Of a DNA stretch of 32,000 nt, positions 25,344-32,000 are shown piece after piece. Below the pieces are notes generated by a model. That model was given only the letters and a program-made list of their open reading frames with translations, had not been told where the DNA came from and did no database searches. The position numbers and the translations under genes are program-made. How positions within the stretch are numbered: position 1 is the stretch's first letter; the number at the start of each line of letters is the position of its first letter. The DNA is from Candidatus Saccharimonadota bacterium (GTDB lineage: Archaea; Nanohalarchaeota; Nanosalinia; Nanosalinales; Nanosalinaceae), in contig NZ_CP180230.1 of the NCBI RefSeq assembly GCF_047555085.1, positions 1-32,000 of the forward strand. The letters are read 5' to 3'.

Positions 25344-26099
25344 ATGCCGAAAATTTCCTGGGATAATGATGATTTCCAGAAAAGTCAGGATTCTTCAGGA
25401 ACTACTACGGAAAATATTTCCGGTGGAGGCCTTGAGCAGGGATACTTTCACGGCTCTTTAACTAGGGGCCTTGTGGTGTATTATCCGCTTGATTCCGGTT
25501 CCGGTTCTACAGCTATCGATGAAGTCATGGGGAATGATGGAACTATCAATGGTGCTTCATGGGCTTCTGGTTCAAAAATAGGGGATTCCTGTCTTGATTT
25601 CAACGGCTCTAGTGATTATCTGGCGATGCCTGAAATAGCTTTAGAGGATTCTTTCACTGTTTCCCAGTGGGTAAATCTTGATCAGGATAAAGACTGGAAT
25701 AATTCTTTCGGCTCAGAGTCAATACTTTCTATGATCTCCTACGCTGATGGCAAAATACAGTGTTATATCGGCGATGGAAATAGCTGGCAGGCAGAGACAA
25801 ATACAGGTACAGGAAAAACAAATCCCGGAAACTGGCAACACTGGCTGATAACCTACGATGGATCAACACTAAGATTCTTCCTCAACGGCGTACTAGAAGA
25901 CAAAACATCCATCTCAGTAGCCCTGCCATCTACAGTTCACCACATCGGTGCAAGAAACAATCAAACCAGCGAATACTCTCTAGACGGTAGAATAGACTCC
26001 ACAAAAGTATACCGTAGGCCTCTATCAACGCCTGAAGTACAGGCCCTATATAATCTAACTAGGCCTTCAAAAGTTTCTCCAGGTGATACTGTAGTATGA
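25344..26099 (+). CDS. Single LamG / concanavalin-like domain protein
   Basis: 251 aa. It has YYPLDSGSGSTAIDEVMGNDGTINGASW...LDFNGSSDYLAMP at the start and KVYRRPLSTPEVQALY at the end. Its stop overlaps the next start (ATGA). Confidence 0.8.
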   Translation: MPKISWDNDDFQKSQDSSGTTTENISGGGLEQGYFHGSLTRGLVVYYPLDSGSGSTAIDEVMGNDGTINGASWASGSKIGDSCLDFNGSSDYLAMPEIALEDSFTVSQWVNLDQDKDWNNSFGSESILSMISYADGKIQCYIGDGNSWQAETNTGTGKTNPGNWQHWLITYDGSTLRFFLNGVLEDKTSISVALPSTVHHIGARNNQTSEYSLDGRIDSTKVYRRPLSTPEVQALYNLTRPSKVSPGDTVV

Positions 26100-27442
26100 C
26101 AGGCCTGATCGGCTGGTGGCCTCTTCACGAAAACTCTGGAAGTACTGCGTATGATCTCTCAGGAAATGGAAATCACGGGAGTTTGAGTGGCGGTGTTACG
26201 ACGGGTGTGGCCGGTAAAGGAGGCCTGACAGGATACAGTTTTGATGGGGGTAGTGGCTTCGTTAACTGGAGTGATGGAGGTCATGTCGAGAGCAAAGCGC
26301 CTCCGGTTTCGATCTCGCTTTGGGCATATTTTCCATCTGGTAGCCAAGGTCCTTACTCTCTTTTCAGCCAGCAGGATGATGGAGGGAATACTGTTCTCGT
26401 CATGTTGGGGGATAGGGCTGGCGAGGACAAGGTGAAGTTCTCGATTTACGATGATAATGATACGTGGGTAGATCTTCCAGGCGGAAATATCGAAGAAGGA
26501 TGGATGCATATTACAGCTGTCTGGAAGCCTGACCAGACAATGCAGATATTCGTGGACGGTAAGAAAAAAGGAGAGGCTTCAACTACCGCAGGAACAGTTG
26601 ATACTTCAGATCCTATCGGAGAGCAAGTCCTAGGTATTTACGATTACGGAGGATCAAATGAGGCCTATTTCAATGGCAAAATCTCTGATGTAAGAATTTA
26701 CAACCGCGTTCTCAGCTCGGTGGAAGTCCAGCAGTTGTATGAATGGGGCAACGGAGACTATGCGAGGCCTGTAGATAGTTCTGATTCTTCTGCTGTTTCT
26801 CGCTGGAGTTTTGATGGAGATACAACGGACTCATGGGGATCGAATGATGGAACTGACAATACTTCGGCAGGCTTTGTTTCTGGAGTTAGAGGCCAGGCGA
26901 AGGCCTTTGATGGAAGCGATGATTATGTGGTTTTGCAGAGTAGTTCGGGTGTGGATGGTAAAGGCGGTCATACTATCTCCTCTTGGGTTAACCTCAATTC
27001 GGTTGATGAGGAGGACATATTTGGCAAGTGGGGGAGCGACAGTAGTAACAAATCTTACCTTTTGATGGTTTATGATCCTGGTTCTGGGCCTAATGTGCGA
27101 GGGCATGTACATGATGGAGCGAATTCATACGTTGTTGATGCTGGAGACGCTGTAAAAACCAATGGGTGGTATCATGTAGCCCAAGTATGGGATGGAAAGA
27201 AGCTCTATGTGTACACGAACGGCAGGATGTCAAATAGTATCAGTGCGGATATCAGTCTCGCAAGTTCAAGTAAAGACCCTCACATAGGCCACAGAGGCTA
27301 TAATGCTTCATCTCATCTTGATGGATCAATTGATGAAATAAGATTTTACAACCGTGCGCTTTCACCTTCAGAAGTTTTTGAACTTTACAGATGGGGGACG
27401 GGAGGCCGCGATTTGAGAAAGTTTACTGTTAATTCGAGGTAG
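26096..27442 (+). CDS. Tandem LamG / concanavalin-like domain protein (2 domains), paralog of 16475-17743
   Basis: 448 aa. The first 18 aa (MTGLIGWWPLHENSGSTA) are identical to those of the 16475 protein. The interdomain linker and C-terminus (RKFTVNSR) are near-identical, while the domain cores are divergent. Confidence 0.85.
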   Translation: MTGLIGWWPLHENSGSTAYDLSGNGNHGSLSGGVTTGVAGKGGLTGYSFDGGSGFVNWSDGGHVESKAPPVSISLWAYFPSGSQGPYSLFSQQDDGGNTVLVMLGDRAGEDKVKFSIYDDNDTWVDLPGGNIEEGWMHITAVWKPDQTMQIFVDGKKKGEASTTAGTVDTSDPIGEQVLGIYDYGGSNEAYFNGKISDVRIYNRVLSSVEVQQLYEWGNGDYARPVDSSDSSAVSRWSFDGDTTDSWGSNDGTDNTSAGFVSGVRGQAKAFDGSDDYVVLQSSSGVDGKGGHTISSWVNLNSVDEEDIFGKWGSDSSNKSYLLMVYDPGSGPNVRGHVHDGANSYVVDAGDAVKTNGWYHVAQVWDGKKLYVYTNGRMSNSISADISLASSSKDPHIGHRGYNASSHLDGSIDEIRFYNRALSPSEVFELYRWGTGGRDLRKFTVNSR

Positions 27443-27509
27443 AGGCCTGTCTTTTTGTCGCACCCTATTTAAAATTTCGTCTTCAGTGTTTGTTTACGAG
27501 GTTTTCAAA

Positions 27510-28031
27510 ATGGGAGATCGACCTGCAAGCATTTACAGAGAGCAGCCTAATCAGCCTTACACGCGACAGGCTCAGAACAAAAGAGATAATTATGTCAGCG
27601 GTGCTCCGGCTCCAAGAGTAACTCAGTACGAGATGGGAGCACGAGATAAGGACTTCGAGAAAGAAGTCGTACTTATAGCTGAAGAGGACTGTTCGATCAG
27701 ATCAGAGGCTCTTGAGGCAGGACGAGTTGCAGCTAACTCTTTCCTTTCAAAGGAGTTCGATCCTGAAGAGGAGTACAAGCTGAAGATCAGACCTTACCCG
27801 CACCACATTCTACGATACCACCCTCTTGCTGGAATCGCTCAGGCAGACCGTTACTACGAAGGTATGCGTAAGCCTTTCGGACGACCGATCGGCCGAGCAG
27901 CTATCGTAGATGAAGGAGACGTTGTGTTCAAAGTCTCCGTTGGAGAAGGCGACACAGATGAGGCAAGGAAGGCTCTAGAGAGAGCTAACCACAAGATGCC
28001 TGTCACCTGCAGAGTCCGCATCCAGAAGTAA
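27510..28031 (+). CDS. rpl10e: Ribosomal protein uL16 (L10e)
   Basis: 173 aa from the ATG at 27510; the track ORF starts at GTG 27486. MGDRPASIYRE..PYTR...YVSGAP..RV and HHILRYHPLAGIAQADR are typical of L10e. GAGG lies about 9 nt upstream of the ATG. Confidence 0.9.
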   Translation: MGDRPASIYREQPNQPYTRQAQNKRDNYVSGAPAPRVTQYEMGARDKDFEKEVVLIAEEDCSIRSEALEAGRVAANSFLSKEFDPEEEYKLKIRPYPHHILRYHPLAGIAQADRYYEGMRKPFGRPIGRAAIVDEGDVVFKVSVGEGDTDEARKALERANHKMPVTCRVRIQK

Positions 28032-28102
28032 TTCTACATATTCCCTACTTTACTTTTCTACCAGGAAACTCTTCTCACATTTCCTACAGCCAAACATTTA
28101 AT

Positions 28103-28122
28103 TGTTACTATAGAATAACAAC
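28103..28122 (+). promoter_or_regulatory. Conserved palindromic promoter-proximal element, copy 1
   Basis: The sequence TGTTACTATAGAATAACAAC has inverted arms (T)TGTTA/TAACA(A). It is identical to 31214-31233 at 18 of 20 positions and lies between the TATA-like box and the ATG. Confidence 0.55.
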
Positions 28123-28124
28123 TC

Positions 28125-28499
28125 ATGAGTTTCGATGGGCCTTCTGGCAATCCACGAATCATAGATATGGATGAAGAGATGCCGGACTACGACACTATCT
28201 TGAAGGCCCAGAACACGTATGAAGAACTTCTTGAAGAACTGGAAAGATACTCTATGGCAAAGATTCAGGGCGGCGATGTACAGGAAGAGCTTGAACTTGT
28301 AAGAGACGACATAAGAGATACGAGAGCATACATCAAAGTCGAGATCGAGACTGTACAGCCTCAGGACTTTATAGTTGGAGATGATGCCGGCGAGTACGAT
28401 GAGAAGGCGGAAAGACTTTTCAGGCCTAAGGTAGATTTCCTGGAGGAACGCTTTGAATCGGCTGAAGAGTACAGAGAGCATCTTCTGGACAGGCTCTGA
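28125..28499 (+). CDS. Acidic hypothetical protein
   Basis: 124-aa ORF. A TATA-like ATTTAATT lies about 22 nt upstream, and a conserved 20-nt palindromic element directly precedes the ATG. No family recognised. Confidence 0.6.
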   Translation: MSFDGPSGNPRIIDMDEEMPDYDTILKAQNTYEELLEELERYSMAKIQGGDVQEELELVRDDIRDTRAYIKVEIETVQPQDFIVGDDAGEYDEKAERLFRPKVDFLEERFESAEEYREHLLDRL

Positions 28500-28522
28500 A
28501 TTTTCAGGGCCTGCAACCGAAG

Positions 28523-28530
28523 ATTTAATT
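28523..28530 (+). promoter_or_regulatory. TATA-box-like element for 28555 gene
   Basis: ATTTAATT lies 25 nt upstream of the ATG and is the same octamer as at 28096-28103. The spacing suggests a leaderless or near-leaderless transcript. Confidence 0.4.
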
Positions 28531-28554
28531 CACGGCTCTGAGAAATAACTGTGT

Positions 28555-30105
28555 ATGGTTGAATGGAAAGGCGATATCAGCGAGGAATCGGGTGTAAAAG
28601 CAGAGAGACTTGACAAGCTGGACGGATTTAACGTACCTAACTTCTTTGTGATAACGCCTGAAGACATCAGTGAACTTTTCAACGGAAACAAAGATTCTGA
28701 AAGAATACTTAACACTTCTATAGATCAAAGAGCTAGGGAAAACATCAAAGAGGCCTATGAAGATGTAGGCATGAGCTCGGAAGTCAGAAAGGCCTCAGGG
28801 AAAGCTAAAAGCCTTGTCGGAGGCCAGAGAAATAATCAACTTGTCTCGATCAGAGTTTCAGATTCTGGCAGAGAGAAGTATACTTACAAGCTGAATGTCG
28901 GCCTTTCAAACTTTTTCGACGCACTTAAGGAAGTCGTGTCGTCCTACTGCAGCAAGGAATCAGATTATCCGGCTATAATAGTTCAGAAAATGGTGGAGCC
29001 GGGATACACGGGAGCTCTGGAGAATCACGGCAGATTCTCTATAGTTGAAACAGTTCAGGGCCTTGGAATATCTCTTGAGGAAGGCCTTACGGAGCCATCG
29101 ACGTATGTGCTCTCTCAGGGAAGGATTGAAGATGTCTTCATGCCGGAGGAGCAGCTGGAGATCAGCAGAAATCCTGTTCATGGTGATAATCAGAGGAAAA
29201 AAGTTGAAGTCGATGAGAGGCCTTTCAAAAGCTCTGAGATCCAGTCTCTGGCGCGAAAAGCTTCACGGATGGGTGTTAATATCAAGTTTGTCTACAAGAG
29301 AGGGAGTTTCCATATCGTCGATGTCTACGAGCCTGTGAATGATGGCAGGCCTGTTATAACTGGAGAGGGCATCCGGGCCTCGAAGGGAGAGATCAAGGGG
29401 AGGGTAGGCAGGAACGTCTCCTTCAGTGATCAGACCTTGCCACCTGAAGATTTCCAGGATGCTCTTATAGCGGGGAAAGGAGGGTACACCTCTAGAGATG
29501 GATACCGGATCCGCCAGTCAGGCAAGCCAGCGATCTTCCAGTTTAATGGAGAGCTACAGCAGGGCACCAGCGTTGATGTCGGTGCAGAAGAAGTAAACAT
29601 AGAATCATCTTCTGCCTCCACTGAAAGGCCTCGTGGCAGATCTGAAGAAAGAGAAGTCAACCCGTTCAAACAGGACTCCGGCTCTGAGAAAGCTACTATT
29701 GCTTCAGAAGTCCTGCCAGTTGATCCCAGGATCGGCAAAGGGATATGCATAGACAGAAACTCCGATCAGGGATACGTGCTTACAGACAGGGAAACGTCCG
29801 CTACACGTATTCCCGAATCGGGATATGTCTCCTCCTATGAAGACTTCTTCACTTTTGAAGGCGATAGAGCGATAGTAGATACACGCTCGATCAGTGCTGA
29901 AGGCCTGGAGAGAGCTTTCGAGTACATGGAAGCCGAACTGAAAATACTTGTTATGGCGGAGCCCAGGCCTGAGATTGTAAGGCCTGCTGTACAGAACGGC
30001 TTCGAAGTTTTCGGTGTTGCCGAGGAGCATATAGAAGGCCTCTCTGAATTGCTGGCATCCGAGGAAAAAAAGTTTATCATGGATCGATTGCGGAATCTTG
30101 AGTAA
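28555..30105 (+). CDS. PEP/pyruvate-binding (ATP-grasp, PPDK_N-like) plus PEP-utilizer swivel-domain protein lacking the catalytic histidine
   Basis: 516 aa. The N-terminus GVKAERLDKLDGFNVPNFFVIT...LVSIRVS...AIIVQKMVEPGYTGAL resembles the PpsA/PPDK nucleotide-binding domain. The swivel motif reads GGYTSRDGYRIRQSGKPAIF, where canonical proteins have GGxTSHAA. No TIM-barrel PEP domain is present. Confidence 0.6.
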   Translation: MVEWKGDISEESGVKAERLDKLDGFNVPNFFVITPEDISELFNGNKDSERILNTSIDQRARENIKEAYEDVGMSSEVRKASGKAKSLVGGQRNNQLVSIRVSDSGREKYTYKLNVGLSNFFDALKEVVSSYCSKESDYPAIIVQKMVEPGYTGALENHGRFSIVETVQGLGISLEEGLTEPSTYVLSQGRIEDVFMPEEQLEISRNPVHGDNQRKKVEVDERPFKSSEIQSLARKASRMGVNIKFVYKRGSFHIVDVYEPVNDGRPVITGEGIRASKGEIKGRVGRNVSFSDQTLPPEDFQDALIAGKGGYTSRDGYRIRQSGKPAIFQFNGELQQGTSVDVGAEEVNIESSSASTERPRGRSEEREVNPFKQDSGSEKATIASEVLPVDPRIGKGICIDRNSDQGYVLTDRETSATRIPESGYVSSYEDFFTFEGDRAIVDTRSISAEGLERAFEYMEAELKILVMAEPRPEIVRPAVQNGFEVFGVAEEHIEGLSELLASEEKKFIMDRLRNLE

Positions 30106-30135
30106 CTAAAAAAGATTGCGTCTTGAGTATAGGAT

Positions 30136-31155
30136 ATGACACCAAAAAACAGCCGTGAAAAGAAAACTGAAGACCGCCAGAAATTCAACTATGAAGAGTT
30201 CGAGGAAGTTCTGGAAGAGATAAAGGAAGAAGACTATGACACGATAGGCCTTCAGGGTCCTGACGGCATAAAGCCTCAGTTGATAGATTATGCTGATCAG
30301 CTAGAGGAACATGGATTTGATACTGTTATCATCGGTGCTTCAACTTTCGGAGCCTGCGGTATCGCAGATGAAAAAGCTGAAAGAATGGGGGCAGATGCAC
30401 TGATCCATGTAGGCCATACAAGATTCCTTCATCCGGAAAGACAGGACATGGACGATCTAAACGTGTACTATCTTCCATACCGAGAAGATAGGGATCTCAT
30501 GGGAGTTCTCAGAGAGCATTACGAGGAGATTGATGCCGAAAAAGTAGGTCTTGTTGGAGTAACACAGTATATGGATAGAGCTGAAGAGGCCCGTGAATTC
30601 CTTGAAGACAAGGGATTCGAAGTTGTGGAAGGGAAGACAGGCCTCAGGACAACAGAGCCAGGACAGGTACTCGGATGCGACGCTGGAGCTGCACACAACA
30701 TTGCGCATAAAGTAGATGCCTTCGTCTTCCTCGGCAGCGGACACTTCCATCCTTCACAGGTCTCGGAGACAGGTAAGGATATCTATGTTGTAGATCCTTA
30801 TGAGGAGCACATTTGGGTAGAGCCAGCTAACTCTCTCGATGACGAGACTCGGGCCGAACACGCACGTGTAATCAAGCATAAAGACAAGAAGAAGTGGGGT
30901 ATCGTCACTTCATCCAAGAAAGGCCAGAACTATATGCAGGCGGTACAGATAGCAAAAGAAAAGCTGGAAAAACACGGCAAAGATGTATACGTTTTCGTTG
31001 AAGACAGGATTTTCGAGCCTGACTACAAAGGATTCGGTATAGATATCTACGTCAACTGTGCCTGTCCAAGAATGACAAAGGACTGGCAAGACATGGCTTT
31101 TGTCTCTCCTTCAGCTCTAGATGTTCTGAACGAAGTTGATATAGAGCACGAATAA
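30136..31155 (+). CDS. dph2: Diphthamide biosynthesis radical-SAM-type enzyme Dph2
   Basis: 339 aa. The blocks FGACGIADEKAERMGADALIHVGHT, GQVLGCD, FLGSGHFHP, WGIVTSSKKGQ and VNCACPRM correspond to conserved blocks, including the Cys ligands, of archaeal Dph2. Confidence 0.85.
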   Translation: MTPKNSREKKTEDRQKFNYEEFEEVLEEIKEEDYDTIGLQGPDGIKPQLIDYADQLEEHGFDTVIIGASTFGACGIADEKAERMGADALIHVGHTRFLHPERQDMDDLNVYYLPYREDRDLMGVLREHYEEIDAEKVGLVGVTQYMDRAEEAREFLEDKGFEVVEGKTGLRTTEPGQVLGCDAGAAHNIAHKVDAFVFLGSGHFHPSQVSETGKDIYVVDPYEEHIWVEPANSLDDETRAEHARVIKHKDKKKWGIVTSSKKGQNYMQAVQIAKEKLEKHGKDVYVFVEDRIFEPDYKGFGIDIYVNCACPRMTKDWQDMAFVSPSALDVLNEVDIEHE

Positions 31156-31213
31156 TTCTTGGTTTTCTCCAGTTTTTGGTTCAGTTATCTATCTGCCCTA
31201 ACATATAAAAAGC

Positions 31214-31233
31214 TGTTACTATGTAATAACAAC
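31214..31233 (+). promoter_or_regulatory. Conserved palindromic promoter-proximal element, copy 2
   Basis: The sequence TGTTACTATGTAATAACAAC directly abuts the ATG at 31234 and lies 3 nt downstream of the TATA-like ATATAAAA (31203-31210). Confidence 0.55.
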
Positions 31234-32000
31234 ATGACTTCTGGCGGTGTGACTCCGGAGAGCAAGAAGACGAAGTTCGGGAAGGTGCCGGATTATCATA
31301 AGGCGAGGAATGAGCTTTCTGGTGAGGATATCGGGGAGTTGGTCGATGATATTTCTGAGTATGAGGGTGATCTATATGGATCTGCTCAGGATGTTGCTAG
31401 AGCTTTCTACGAGGAAGATCCTGTCAAGTACAACAAGAATCAGATGACTGTTCGTGAGACGGCCAAGGAGAATGTTGATAAGCACAGTCAGCCAGGATGG
31501 GCCTGGGAGCTACTTTCTGTATATTCTGAAGACATGGGGAAGAAACTTCTTGATGTGCCAAGTGATGGATCTCATAAAGGCCTGCTTATAGATGAAGATT
31601 TCGAAAAAGTGTTTCTGTATGCGAAGGATGCGGATGGTATTCCTGCGGTAGAGCATGTTGACAGATGGTATGAGAACGGTATTAATGCGCAGTCTCTGGG
31701 ATATGAGCTTCCTGCGGATGAAATGGAGAGGACTGCTCTTGATATAGGCAGAAACGATGAGCTGGGAGAACCTGTTCTCATGATGAACTACAACGGCGAT
31801 ATGGTGCTTGACTCAAAAATTAACGAAATGCTGGAGGATGTCGAAGAGCAGATCCAGGACAGAAACGAATGGGTCAAAGACTCGCAGCCAGAACGCAGAC
31901 AGCACCTAGAAGGAAAAGATGTGGAAGATGTCGAGGCGTGGACAACAGGCCTCGAATTCCTGATTGAAAACGACTATATTGAAAACTGGGGTGTAGAAGA
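31234..32000 (+). CDS. Hypothetical protein, 5' part (ORF runs off the window)
   Basis: My own translation from the ATG at 31234 is open to the window end, about 255 codons (MTSGGVTPESKKTKFGKVPDYHKARNEL...). It is absent from the ORF track, presumably because there is no stop in the window. A TATA-like ATATAAAA lies 24 nt upstream, followed by the conserved 20-nt element. Confidence 0.6.
   Translation, partial: MTSGGVTPESKKTKFGKVPDYHKARNELSGEDIGELVDDISEYEGDLYGSAQDVARAFYEEDPVKYNKNQMTVRETAKENVDKHSQPGWAWELLSVYSEDMGKKLLDVPSDGSHKGLLIDEDFEKVFLYAKDADGIPAVEHVDRWYENGINAQSLGYELPADEMERTALDIGRNDELGEPVLMMNYNGDMVLDSKINEMLEDVEEQIQDRNEWVKDSQPERRQHLEGKDVEDVEAWTTGLEFLIENDYIENWGVE

Noticed and set aside
27444-28421. 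AGGCCT-free stretch of about 980 bp covering the uL16 gene, and a similar gap at 1-712 over the origin
   Set aside because: With a mean spacing near 290 bp, a few gaps of this size are expected by chance among about 110 sites. They are not significant without genome-wide statistics.
1-32000. Apparent abundance of GATC and AGATCT
   Set aside because: I did not count these rigorously. They are plausibly a by-product of very frequent Asp/Glu/Ile/Leu codon pairs (GAT-Cxx, xAG-ATC, GAT-CTx) in this acidic proteome. Unlike AGGCCT, I did not see clear enrichment in spacers.
1-32000. CRISPR arrays, rRNA genes, IS elements, integrases and toxin-antitoxin pairs
   Set aside because: I found no regularly spaced direct repeats of 24-40 nt. 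No ORF-free interval is long enough for rRNA. No transposase, integrase or recombinase signatures appear in any ORF. The RHH protein has no adjacent small toxin ORF.

Overview
This looks like an archaeal chromosomal segment. The proteome is strongly acidic, the GC content looks mid-range by eye, and genes are short and tightly packed. That fits a halophilic, possibly DPANN or nanohaloarchaeon-like organism, but the taxon is inference only.

Layout:
- 1-7.6 kb: a replication island. A candidate oriC (two inverted ORB-like boxes around an AT-rich stretch) is followed by orc1/cdc6, the PolD small subunit, an embedded HAD-like gene and the PolD large subunit.
- 7.6-16.4 kb: mixed housekeeping and orphan genes. 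These are a CBS protein, three tandem divergent paralogs, DUF167, archaeal DnaG, a very acidic coiled-coil protein, a DUF63-like membrane protein, a ROK kinase and MBF1.
- 16.5-27.4 kb: a nucleotide-sugar gene cluster on the minus strand. It holds phosphohexomutase, three nucleotidyltransferase/beta-helix paralogs, a HAD hydrolase and an oxidoreductase. It is bracketed by plus-strand LamG (concanavalin-like) paralogs and includes a divergent RHH regulator.
- 27.5-32 kb: uL16 (L10e), an orphan gene, a PEP-utilizer-like protein lacking the catalytic His, Dph2, and an open-ended orphan ORF.

I could not support any rRNA, tRNA, CRISPR array or transposase.

The most striking signal is at the DNA level. 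The palindrome AGGCCT occurs about 110 times by hand count, roughly one per 290 bp. It occurs in all reading frames, in genes of both orientations and in intergenic DNA.

Other points worth following up:
- the mosaic LamG paralogs flanking the sugar island
- the three-paralog orphan operon
- a near-identical 20-nt palindromic element just upstream of two unrelated orphan genes
- a HAD-like gene translationally coupled inside the polD operon
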